Source: an uncultured Actinomycetota bacterium (lineage in GTDB: Bacteria; Actinomycetota; Actinomycetes; Mycobacteriales; Mycobacteriaceae). Taken from it: DNA of 64,000 bases. The stretch is taken from the NCBI GenBank assembly GCA_963780335.1, contig CAWABJ010000001.1, positions 1,747,152 to 1,811,151 on the forward strand, given 5' to 3'. Under the pieces are notes generated by a model. It was given only the letters and a program-made list of their open reading frames with translations. It made no database searches and was not told the DNA's origin. The stretch's first letter is position 1. Each line of letters begins with the position of its first letter. Both the position numbers and the translations under genes were made by a program. Below, one piece after another: positions 19,098 through 28,747 of this stretch.

Positions 19098-22000
19098 GCT
19101 GCTGCGCATGTGGTTGCTGTGACGGCGTGCACGCCGTCACGCCCACCGACACCTACAACCCGCCGCAGCGCGACCAGATCGGCTACCGCATCGGGACGTA
19201 CGGCAGCTTCCGCGAAGCGATGCAAGCCCGCCTGTCGGCCCAGCCGCCGCTGCGGCAGCTGCTCACACGCGATGGCGACGACCCCAGTATCGCCCTGCTG
19301 GACTGCTTTGCGATCGTCGCGGACATCCTCACCTTCTACCAGGAACGCATCGCCAACGAAGGTTACCTACGAACAGCGTCGGAGCCGGTTTCGTTGGCCG
19401 AGCTCGGCAAGCTCGTCGGCTACCGGGCCCGACCGGCGCTCGGCGCCACCACGTATTTGGCCTACACCCTCGACCCCGATGCGAAAACCCTCATACCGGC
19501 CGGGTCGGGCGCGAAAAGCGTGCCCCGCCAGGACGAACTACCGCAATCCTTCGAGACCTCAGAGGATCTGCAGGGCCGCGAGGAGTGGAACAACCTCAGC
19601 CCCGCCATGACCAACCCGGTGGCGATCACGTACTACGGGCCCAAGGAGACCACCGAGCCCGACGATGTCAACGAGATCGCGACGATGAACGTCGCAGGCA
19701 CCGCGGCCAACCTCAAAGCCGGCGATCGGCTGCTGTTCCTGTTCGACCCCGATCCCAGTCCGCCGGCCAACGATGCCGACCCACGGGGCGGCACCTCCGT
19801 GCGGATCGTCGACGCCTCGGCGCCGGACTTCGCGGCCAACACCACCACCGTCACGCTGATATCGAAGCGAACCCCGTTCAGCGACGCCCTGCTGGGATTG
19901 GAGTCGACGGTCAACGCCGCGATCGGCGCGACTGAAGGCCTGCCCGCGTCGGTCGCCCAGCTCCGCACCGACTACCTCGACAAGCTGGCGGCAACACTGC
20001 ACGACAAACCGCCGACGCCGAACTCGGTCTTCTCCAACGTCCTCGACAACCAATCGGTCATGTCACTACCAGACGTTCTCGACCGTCTCATCGAAGCGGG
20101 CGCGCTGGCCTCGGTCCACGAACCCCCCGCGGTCGTGCGGTGGCACACCGACTCCATCCCTCCACTGCTCACCGCCGCGCGCCACGTCATTGCGCTCGCA
20201 GAAACGGTGCTCGGAAGAGAACCCACAGAAATCAAGGCCATCCGGAGGCGCGCACACGACATCCTCTGCCCGTCAAAGGGCGACGGATTCGCCGCAGGAA
20301 TCGACGGCGCCGACTGCGACGCCGGCGCGGCGCTGGCCGCGCTCACCCCGATGCTGCCGTGGCTCCGGCGTCCGCCCTCGACGCCGCCGCGCAAGGCAAG
20401 AGACACCGTCACTGCGACCGCCGAGCTCTACCGGCCCGACTCCGACGTCCAGGCCAAGCTGCTGGCGGCCGCCGACCCCCGCGTGGCGGGATCGTTGCAC
20501 CTCGCGTGGCGCAACGAACGCCTCACCCCCGCATCACCGTTGACCTCTGTACAGGTCTTGCGGACCAAAGCCACGCTCGCCGTCGGAGCGGATGAGACGA
20601 CCGTCGTGCTGGACACCGTTTACGACGGCATCCGGGCCGGCAGCTGGGTCGTCGTGGGAACAGCCGGCCAGGTGCGCCGTGTGGAGACGGTCGAGCAGAC
20701 GTCGCGCGACGTGGCGCCGCCGGCCGCGGCTCCGATATACGTGCCGGCGACACTGCTGACGTTGGACGCCAAGGTCAACGCCGGCCAAGGCGATGCCCTC
20801 TACGCGCAGGGCGAAACCCTCACCCCGGTAGGCAATCCCATCACCGACGACATCGCCGGTGACGAGATCGAACTGGGGCGGGTCTACGACGGGCTGACGC
20901 CAGGGCGCTGGCTGGTGGTCAGCGGTGAACGCACCGACGTGCCCCACACCAGCGGTATCCATGCGGCCGAGCTGACCATGACCGCAGGTGTGCGACAGCA
21001 CGTCGACCCCGACAAGCCCGCAGCGTCGGTCCGAACGATCCTGAAACTCACCAGCGAGCTCGCCTACCGCTATCGGCGCGACAGCGTCACCGTGTACGGC
21101 AACGTCGTGGAGGCCACCCAGGGGCAGACCCGCAGCGAAGTCCTCGGCAGTGCCGACGCGAGCCAACCCAGCCAATCGTTCTTGATCCGCCAGGTGAACC
21201 AAGACAATCCGCTGACCGCCCTGCCGGCCGACAACCCCGCCGGCTTCGACGACGCCCTGCGCGTGACCGTCTCCGGGGTGCGGTGGCAGCCCACCGAGAT
21301 TCTGACCACCACTGCGGCCACCGATCACGTGTACCTGCCCGTCTTCGGCGCCGACAAATCCGTCGCCGTCCAGTTCGGCGACGGTGTCCACGGCGCCCGC
21401 CCATCGACCGGCAACCAAAACATCGCCGCCACGCTGCGCGTCGGTGCCGGCCGCGCAGGCAACGTCACCGCCGGCCAGATTTCGGAACTGGCGAGCCGCC
21501 CCCTCGGCGTCAACGCGGTCACCAACCCCCTCACGGCCGGCGGAGGCGCCGACGGCGACACCCCCGACGATGCCCGCGCAATCACCCCGCTGCGCATGCT
21601 CGCATTGGACCACCTGCTGTCCGTGCGCGACTACGAGGACTACACGCGGGCCAGAGCCGGCATCGGAAAAGCCAGTGCCCGCAGACTCTTCGACGGCCAA
21701 CAGCCCGTCGTACACGTCACGATCGCCGGGATCGGCGACGTACCGATCGATGCGCAGTCGGGACTGCTAACTGCCCTGCGAGAATCCCTGGCAGACTTCG
21801 GCGACCCGGGTGTCAGCGTGGCTGTCGACGTGCGCGGCATGCTGCTGCTGGTGCTGCGGGCCGGCATCAAGGTGAACCCCGACTACTCGTGGGATCTCGT
21901 CGAACCGGCGGTCCGCACCGCTCTGTTGGACACCTTCTCGTTCGCGCGCCGCGACCTGGGGCAAGACGCCTACCTCAGCGAGGCCTTCGCCGCCGCGCAA

Positions 22001-22360
22001 GCGGTGCCCGGCGTCGACTACGTCGACATCGACGTCTTCCACGGTCTGCCCGCCACTGTCACACCGCTGGAACTACTCACTGTTGCAGACCAACTCAGCA
22101 GCCCAGACCGAGTCGTGCACACCCGACTCGCCGAGTACGTGCAGGACGAGTACCCGTCGGACCAAGATCTGACCCTGACCCAGATCGCGCTGCGAACCGG
22201 ACTGACCGTCGAGGAGCTGTGCCGGCTCAACCCCACGCTGACCGACGCGACGATTCCGGCGTTCACACAGCTGACGATCTTCCGCGGGATCCGGCCCGCC
22301 GAGCTCGTGGTGCTGCCACCCGACGTACCCGAAGCCCTGATGCTGCGGAGGATCCCATGA
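19094..22360 (+). CDS. Second baseplate J-like wedge protein with a C-terminal LysM-like insertion
   Basis: DDPSIALLDCFAIVADILTFYQERIANEGYLRTA; VQFGDGVHGARP; TLTQIALRTGLTVEELCRLNP near the C-terminus. Confidence 0.85.
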   Translation: MSCCACGCCDGVHAVTPTDTYNPPQRDQIGYRIGTYGSFREAMQARLSAQPPLRQLLTRDGDDPSIALLDCFAIVADILTFYQERIANEGYLRTASEPVSLAELGKLVGYRARPALGATTYLAYTLDPDAKTLIPAGSGAKSVPRQDELPQSFETSEDLQGREEWNNLSPAMTNPVAITYYGPKETTEPDDVNEIATMNVAGTAANLKAGDRLLFLFDPDPSPPANDADPRGGTSVRIVDASAPDFAANTTTVTLISKRTPFSDALLGLESTVNAAIGATEGLPASVAQLRTDYLDKLAATLHDKPPTPNSVFSNVLDNQSVMSLPDVLDRLIEAGALASVHEPPAVVRWHTDSIPPLLTAARHVIALAETVLGREPTEIKAIRRRAHDILCPSKGDGFAAGIDGADCDAGAALAALTPMLPWLRRPPSTPPRKARDTVTATAELYRPDSDVQAKLLAAADPRVAGSLHLAWRNERLTPASPLTSVQVLRTKATLAVGADETTVVLDTVYDGIRAGSWVVVGTAGQVRRVETVEQTSRDVAPPAAAPIYVPATLLTLDAKVNAGQGDALYAQGETLTPVGNPITDDIAGDEIELGRVYDGLTPGRWLVVSGERTDVPHTSGIHAAELTMTAGVRQHVDPDKPAASVRTILKLTSELAYRYRRDSVTVYGNVVEATQGQTRSEVLGSADASQPSQSFLIRQVNQDNPLTALPADNPAGFDDALRVTVSGVRWQPTEILTTTAATDHVYLPVFGADKSVAVQFGDGVHGARPSTGNQNIAATLRVGAGRAGNVTAGQISELASRPLGVNAVTNPLTAGGGADGDTPDDARAITPLRMLALDHLLSVRDYEDYTRARAGIGKASARRLFDGQQPVVHVTIAGIGDVPIDAQSGLLTALRESLADFGDPGVSVAVDVRGMLLLVLRAGIKVNPDYSWDLVEPAVRTALLDTFSFARRDLGQDAYLSEAFAAAQAVPGVDYVDIDVFHGLPATVTPLELLTVADQLSSPDRVVHTRLAEYVQDEYPSDQDLTLTQIALRTGLTVEELCRLNPTLTDATIPAFTQLTIFRGIRPAELVVLPPDVPEALMLRRIP

Positions 22361-24481
22361 CCGACACCGACGACCGGCTGTTCACCCTGCTGCCGCGCGT
22401 CCACCAACGCCGCGACGAAGAGACCGGCGGACCTCTGCAAGCGCTGCTGGCCGTCATCACCGAGCAGGCCGACCTGCTCGACGCCGACCTCACCGCACTC
22501 TACGAGGACTGGTTCATCGAGACCTGCCAGGACTGGGTCGTGCCCTACCTCGGCGACGTCGTCGGCTACCAGGTGCTGCCCGGTGGCCAGGAGTCGCCCA
22601 CCTCGGACACTCCTGAATCCCGTAAATTGCTGTCGGCCATCGCATCGCGGCGCGACGTGGGTCACACCGTCGCCAACCGCCGCCGCAAGGGCACCTTGGC
22701 TCTGCTCGAACAACTAGCCCTCGACGTGGCCGCGTGGCCTTCGCGCGCAATCGAATTTCGGCGGCTGCTCACCGTCACGCCCGCGATCCGGCTCTACGGT
22801 CACGACAGCCGCGCCGACGCGCGCCGTCTGCACCGCGGCAACCTCGCCGACGTCCGCGACGGTGATGCGCTCGACCGCCTCGACGGCCCGTTCGACAAGC
22901 TCGCCCACACGGTCGACGTTCGCCGCATCAACTCGGCGCGCGGCCAAGGCAGGTTCAACATCCCCGAGATCGGGCTCTACGTATGGAGACTGCGCCCCTA
23001 CTCGGTGACCTACGGCCCCGCGTACTGCGAGGACCGCGCCCGCTCCCAATTCACGTTCAGCATCCTCGGCAACAGCGCGCCGCTGATCACCAAGCCTCAG
23101 CCCGAACCGTCACCCACACATATCGCAGACGAGATGAACGTCCCCGCGTTCATCGGCCGCCGCGTATTCGCCGAACACCTGGCCCGCTACTACGGTCCAG
23201 GCAAGAGCCTGTGCATCTACACCGGCCCCGACCAGCCGGTGCCGCTGAACGCGATTGTGTCCGCCGACCTTTCGGGATGGCGGTATCTACCCGGGCGCGG
23301 ACAGGTGGCTGTCGACCCGGTACTGGGGCGCATCGCCTTCCCCAGCCGACACGCGCCCGACGGGGTCTGGGTGGACTACCACTACGGATTCTCCGATGAC
23401 CTCGGCGGCGGCGAATACACCCGGCCGCTGACGCCGCGCATCGCCACCTACCTGGTGGGTCCGGGCCAACCGTTCGAGACGATCATGGCAGCAGTCAACC
23501 AGTGGTCGCAGGACAAGCAGACGACACAACCAGTGCCGCACGAAGCGGTGATCGAGCTGGCCGACAGCGGGTCCTACCAAGAGCAGATCGACATCAGACT
23601 CGACCACGGTGACCGCCTCACCCTGCGCGCCGCGCAAGGCAAGCGGCCGGTGATCCGCTTACTCGACTGGTACAGCAACCGACCCGACGCGCTGCGCCTC
23701 ACCGGGCCCGAGGAAGGCGACGGCAAGCTGCCGACCGTCGTGTTGGACGGGCTGCTGATCACCGGCCGCGGCGTTCTGGTGCAGGGTCCGATCGGCGCGG
23801 TGGTGGTGCGTCATTCGACGCTGGTTCCCGGTTGGAGCCTTGACTGCGACTGCAATCCCGAACATTGCGAAGAACCCAGCATCGAGTTGATCGACACGCC
23901 GGCGTGCCTTCAGGTCGAGCGCAGCATCCTGGGCACCATCCTGGTCGACGTCGACGAGGCGCACAACGAACCCAACCAGGTGTGGCTGTCCGACAGCATC
24001 CTCGACTCCGCGGGCTGGTGTCTGGCCGCGATCACCGCACCCGACGACCGGCACGCCCACGCGGTACTCAGCGCCAGGCGGGTGACCGTCTTCGGCGCGG
24101 TGCGCACCCAAGCCGCTGAACCTGATCGAGAACTCGATCATGGTGGGGGAAGTCTGCGTCGCCCGCAGGCAAATGGGCTGCGTCCGATTCAGCTGGGTGC
24201 TCCCAGGCTCCCGCGTTCCCGCCGCGTTCCATTGCGAGCCGGCGCTTTCCGGCGACCCCGACCGGGTCATACCACGATTCACCAGTACCCGGTACGGCAC
24301 TCCGGGCTATGCGCAGCTTGCGCCGTGGTGTCCCGACGAGATCAGGCGCGGCGCCGAAGACGGCTCCGAAATGGGCGCCTTCCACGACCTGTTCCAACCG
24401 CAACGCGAGGACAACCTACGTTCCCGCCTCGACGAATACACACCGGCAGGCACCGATGCCGGCGTCCTGATCGTTACCTAG
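22357..24481 (+). pseudogene. Phage tail (gp7/P2-I-like) baseplate protein interrupted by a +1 frameshift near 24121 (or sequencing error)
   Basis: LFTLLPRVHQRRD...LYEDWFIETCQDWVVPYLGD,NRRRKGT. GAA-C-CTG-ATC-GAG-AAC: removing one C gives AAELIENSIMVGEV and joins ORF 24140-24481. Confidence 0.8.
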
Positions 24482-24493
24482 GAGGACCGCACA

Positions 24494-25885
24494 ATGTACG
24501 CCGACATCTCACGACCGACCTTCGATGCGACCAAGCACTTCGCCGCGCTGCTATTTCAGCAGGGCCGACTGCCGCTGGACGCCGACCTCAACGAACAGAC
24601 AGTGCTCCTGCTGCACCAACTGCGAACCATGATGGCCGATCTCGTCGGGCCCGCCGCGATGCCCGTCGACGCCGCAGGATTTCAGATCACGCCCGTCGCG
24701 ACGAACAGCAAACTCACCAACCTGACGATTTCAGCTGGCCGTGCCTACGTCGACGGAATCCTGGTGGAAAACGAAGCGGCCGTGAACTACACCGTGCAGC
24801 CCGACGGCTATCTCGACCCGGAAAACCCCGCCGACGCCGTACCGGACAGTGCACCGTTCGCCGTCTACCTGCGGGTGTGGGAGCGGTTGATCACGGCGCT
24901 GCAGGACCCGATGATCCGCGAAATTGCCCTCGGTGACCCGGGACCCGACACGGCGGCGCGCGCCAAGACGGTCTGGCAGGTCGCCCTGTGGCCGGTCGAT
25001 CCCGGCGGCGGGGCGCCCGCCACGCAGTTCAACACTGCGTTAAGCAAATTCAACGCGGCCCCAGGGCTTCTCGCGGCCCAGGCGAGGCGCCCCCTGGATT
25101 ACGACAAGGACCCCTGCCACACTCCACCCGAGGCCAAGTTCCGCGGACCCGAAAACCAGCTGTACCGCGTCGAGATCCACAGTGGGGGACCGGCATGGGA
25201 TCCCGATGCCAAGGTGCAGGACGACCAGCCCCGCGGCGCCACCTTCAAATGGTCACGGGAAAACGGCTCGGTGGCTCTGCCGATCCGATCCATCAAGGGC
25301 ACCAAGGTATTCCTGGGCTCCCTTGGCCGCGACGGCAAGCTCGGACTTGAGGTCGGCGACTGGGTCGAGGTGTCCGACGACGCCGCCGCGAGCCGGATCG
25401 CCGACGACCGCATCCTCACCGAGGCGAAATGGGCACGCCCGCTGCGCCAGATCGCGTCGATCGACTACGAGGGCCGCGCGGTGACGCTGTCCGACGCCAT
25501 CCCCGATGCGACCGGCTCTCAATCCGCACTGCACCCGATGTTGCGGCGCTGGGACCACACCTCGCCGACCAGCTATGACTCCGATCGCCTCACCATGGAA
25601 TCCGATGGCGCCCTTCCGCTGATCGAAGGGAAGTGGATCACCTTGGAAGACGGCGTCCAAGTCCAATTCAAGAGCCCGCAGCAGGACGGACCGGTCGGCT
25701 ACCGCAGTGGCAACTACTGGATGATCCCCGCGCGAACGGTGACCGGTGACGTCGAATGGCCCCAAGGACCCACCGGGCCGCTATTCGAACCACCGCGTGG
25801 CGTGCGCTACCACTACGCACTGCTCGCAACGGTGAAAGCCGGAGCCGTCGCGATGAAGGCGAAGAAGTTCAAGGTGGCCGGGTAG
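24494..25885 (+). CDS. DUF6519-family protein (tail-fibre position)
   Basis: MYADISRPTFD...QQGRLPLDADLNEQ, ENQLYRVEIH, FKWSRENGSV, YWMIPART...PPRGVRYHYALL. Confidence 0.8.
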   Translation: MYADISRPTFDATKHFAALLFQQGRLPLDADLNEQTVLLLHQLRTMMADLVGPAAMPVDAAGFQITPVATNSKLTNLTISAGRAYVDGILVENEAAVNYTVQPDGYLDPENPADAVPDSAPFAVYLRVWERLITALQDPMIREIALGDPGPDTAARAKTVWQVALWPVDPGGGAPATQFNTALSKFNAAPGLLAAQARRPLDYDKDPCHTPPEAKFRGPENQLYRVEIHSGGPAWDPDAKVQDDQPRGATFKWSRENGSVALPIRSIKGTKVFLGSLGRDGKLGLEVGDWVEVSDDAAASRIADDRILTEAKWARPLRQIASIDYEGRAVTLSDAIPDATGSQSALHPMLRRWDHTSPTSYDSDRLTMESDGALPLIEGKWITLEDGVQVQFKSPQQDGPVGYRSGNYWMIPARTVTGDVEWPQGPTGPLFEPPRGVRYHYALLATVKAGAVAMKAKKFKVAG

Positions 25886-28704
25886 TGCCGGCCGTGAACG
25901 CGCACGCTCGGCAGGTGGCGGTGGTGACGGAATCAGCCTCCAGCACAGTCAACGTCACGCTCCGGCGGGCCTGCGGCTGCGGGGGCCACACAACAGCCGA
26001 AGGGCAGTGTGACTCTTGTAAGAACCAGGACGGAGTGCTGGCGCGTAGCCCCCGCGGCGGATCAGACTTCAGCCAGATACCGCTGCTTTCGACGAGCCCG
26101 GCAGCAATATCCGACGAGCCGGTCGCCGACCCCCCTGCGGTGCAAGCGAAACTCATGGTCGGACACGTCAACGATCCACTAGAGCGCGAAGCAGATCATG
26201 CCGCCGAGCAGGTGATGCGTATGCCGAGTCCGGCGCCTGTGCAGGTCAGCCGCAAGTGTGCCTGTGAAGAGGAAGAGGTACAGCGCAAGGAAACTACGCC
26301 CGAACACCGCGGCGGCGATGTCGCACCGGCGCTCGTCCACGAAGTGCTGCGCCGCACGGGCCGACCGCTTGACTCGGGAGCTCGAGAGTTCTTCGAACCC
26401 CGATTCGGTCGTGATCTCAGCATGGTGCGGGTCAGCGCCGACACAGCGGCGGCACAATCGGCGGCTGCGGTAGGTGCACGCGCCTACACGGTGGGGGGCC
26501 GAATCGCCTTCGCCGCAGGACAGTACGCGCCCGAATCGACGTCGGGCCGACGACTGCTCGCACATGAGCTAGCGCATGTCATCCAGCAGGGTCAGGCAGG
26601 GCCACAAGTGCTGCGTCGCAGTCCAGACAAGTACGTTGGACTGAGTGTCGAGCAGCTCCGAACGTTGGCCAACCGAGGTGACCAGGAAGCTGTCTGGGCG
26701 TTGATCGCACGCTACGATGCGATGCCCGCCGGCGTTGTGCACCAGTACGCTCTCAACGGCAAAGATGGCGCCGCTCTGTACTCCTACGCCAAGCGTGTCA
26801 TCCCCCCAAAGGCCGCGGCGGGCACGGGGACGTTCTCGAAGCCCGGCATTCACGACACCCTCACAAACGACATAGGCGCGGGTCGACAGGACATCGGCAT
26901 TCCTCGCCGCGCACCGAGCGCAGTGGAGCCCAGCATCGAGCTGACCGGGGGCACTTCGGGCGCCGCACGCACCGACATCCCCGGACTGGAGAACCGCGCC
27001 TTCCTTGGCCAGTCGAAACTCGCCGGAGGACCTGGATACAACCCCCAGTCGAGCTTCTCTCCCACCACCGATGTCACGAAACTGCCGCATACACATGGTC
27101 ATGCCGAACAGCACATCGCAGATCAGCTCGAAGAGGCACTCGCGAAGATTCCGCGAGAACAGCTCAAGGGGCGCCGAGTGTGGATGCTCATCGAACAGAC
27201 GCCCTGCGCCGCGTGCGCCGCCGGAGCGGTGAAAACCAATACCGCTGCGGGTGTGCTCAAAAAGCTCAGTCTCAAATACCCCGAGCTCACCATCGAGGTC
27301 AAAAGTCTCGAAAACAACAGCCTCATCGTGCTGAAGGGGACCGAGACTACCGCAGCGGCGGGGGCCGCTGGAGCCGCGCCGAAACAAGGCGTCGGCGCCT
27401 CTGCCGGCGAGCAGACCACATCGGTACAGGTGGAAACGAAGATTGAGGTCACAAAGTCGGTGCGCAGCGCCGACGGTGCGACTGTCTCGGAAGTGGAATA
27501 CAACCTCGGCAAGGGGCTCGAGGAGATCAACGGCGGCGCGCCGTCAGGGGCGAGAGTGCCTGACCGCATCGTCATCAAGGTCACACAAAACGCTGACGGC
27601 AGCCTGGCTGCGGTTGAGTCGCTGTCAGGCCACCCCAAGGCGTTGGTGGAGGCCTTGGCGCAAAAGACGTTGGCAGGCCCGGGCGGGGCGCCCGCGGTCG
27701 CGGCAGAGGGCACGGCGACAGTGGCGGCCGCGGGCCGGCGAACGGCCTTGCTGTTCAAGGGCCTCAAGATTGGCGGGACGGCAGCCTTCGTGATCATCAC
27801 CGGCTACCAGCTTTACGCCGCAACACCGAAGGAAAGGCCGCGAGTAGTCGCCGGTGCGGCGGGCGGGTTAGCCGGCGGAGCGCTCAGTACATATCTCCTT
27901 TGCAACCTTGCGTTCGGCATCGAGTCAGCGGGATGGAGTCTGTTGTTCTGTGGACTAGGAGCCGGGGCGGTCGGGGGTTACGCGGGGACCAAGGCTGGGG
28001 AGGCGGTATACGACGAGGCCACTGCCACCGACCTTGACAGGGCGTACCGCGTATTGGCGGGCAAGAAATCCAATGAGGTCGGCATCTTCAACGTCCTCGT
28101 TGGGAAGATGGAATCGGATGGATGCATCGACGCTGGGTTTGTGTACGGCTTCATGAATGCATTCCCCGAATGGGCGAGCGACACCGAAACCGTGCTTATC
28201 GCAGCGCAACTTGCCGATGTCGTGATCGACAACGTCCCTGGTGTTCGAACCACACTGCCACCAGAACGCCCTAGCGCCGTTCGCGAAGCAGTGTGCCCAG
28301 CCTGCCACGGGCGCAGCATTAAGGAACTGGTCCCTCCGACCATGACGCCTGCTGAACTAGACGCGCTCAAAGGTCTGCCGACATGCTGGACTGTCACGAA
28401 CCAAGCGCTCAGCGCGTTGCGTTCAGCGGTTAAGAATCTTCCGCCACGGATGCGGGCTGCAGGCGCGGACGAGAAATCCTTGTCCGCGACATCGACCTCC
28501 GCCTCGGCTACCGCAAAGCAACAGCCGTCCGATCCCAGATCGTTCCCCTCCGAGCGCGAGCAACTCGGCACCGTGTGCCCGAACTGCCATGCGCCCAATA
28601 AGGGTAAGCAAGTATGGCAAGAATTCGGTACTGGACCTGGGGGGAAGATGACCGACGCGGACATGCAACGCCTAAAGGGGTGGGCGTCCGCGCAGACGAA
28701 GTGA
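25885..28704 (+). CDS. DUF4157 (eCIS_core) effector with a Zn-deaminase domain, a hydrophobic Gly-rich segment and a C-terminal double CxxCH domain
   Basis: ACGCGG..CDSC, DPLEREADHAA, LLAHELAHVIQQ; HAEQ (27100) + IEQTPCAAC (~27202-27216). GTG start overlaps the upstream stop; 25894 is an alternative start. Confidence 0.85.
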   Translation: MPAVNAHARQVAVVTESASSTVNVTLRRACGCGGHTTAEGQCDSCKNQDGVLARSPRGGSDFSQIPLLSTSPAAISDEPVADPPAVQAKLMVGHVNDPLEREADHAAEQVMRMPSPAPVQVSRKCACEEEEVQRKETTPEHRGGDVAPALVHEVLRRTGRPLDSGAREFFEPRFGRDLSMVRVSADTAAAQSAAAVGARAYTVGGRIAFAAGQYAPESTSGRRLLAHELAHVIQQGQAGPQVLRRSPDKYVGLSVEQLRTLANRGDQEAVWALIARYDAMPAGVVHQYALNGKDGAALYSYAKRVIPPKAAAGTGTFSKPGIHDTLTNDIGAGRQDIGIPRRAPSAVEPSIELTGGTSGAARTDIPGLENRAFLGQSKLAGGPGYNPQSSFSPTTDVTKLPHTHGHAEQHIADQLEEALAKIPREQLKGRRVWMLIEQTPCAACAAGAVKTNTAAGVLKKLSLKYPELTIEVKSLENNSLIVLKGTETTAAAGAAGAAPKQGVGASAGEQTTSVQVETKIEVTKSVRSADGATVSEVEYNLGKGLEEINGGAPSGARVPDRIVIKVTQNADGSLAAVESLSGHPKALVEALAQKTLAGPGGAPAVAAEGTATVAAAGRRTALLFKGLKIGGTAAFVIITGYQLYAATPKERPRVVAGAAGGLAGGALSTYLLCNLAFGIESAGWSLLFCGLGAGAVGGYAGTKAGEAVYDEATATDLDRAYRVLAGKKSNEVGIFNVLVGKMESDGCIDAGFVYGFMNAFPEWASDTETVLIAAQLADVVIDNVPGVRTTLPPERPSAVREAVCPACHGRSIKELVPPTMTPAELDALKGLPTCWTVTNQALSALRSAVKNLPPRMRAAGADEKSLSATSTSASATAKQQPSDPRSFPSEREQLGTVCPNCHAPNKGKQVWQEFGTGPGGKMTDADMQRLKGWASAQTK

Positions 28705-28747
28705 GTGCCATCTCCATCGAGTAGACGCGCATACGGCTACCGAACGC

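Noticed and set aside
21283-22356. Apparent 1217-aa ORF 21283-24936
   Set aside because: The first 358 codons overlap the real wedge gene out of frame and the tail after ~24121 is frameshift read-through; the real gene is 22357-24481.
5884-25885. Prophage or T6SS interpretation of the tail genes
   Set aside because: No capsid, portal, terminase or lysis genes and no TssJLM/ClpV; DUF4255 + Afp15-type ATPase + DUF4157 indicate eCIS.
26560-26590. DUF4157 HELAH motif as the toxic protease activity of effector 1
   Set aside because: The motif belongs to the conserved eCIS_core domain shared by both cargoes; the variable downstream domains are the better toxin candidates.
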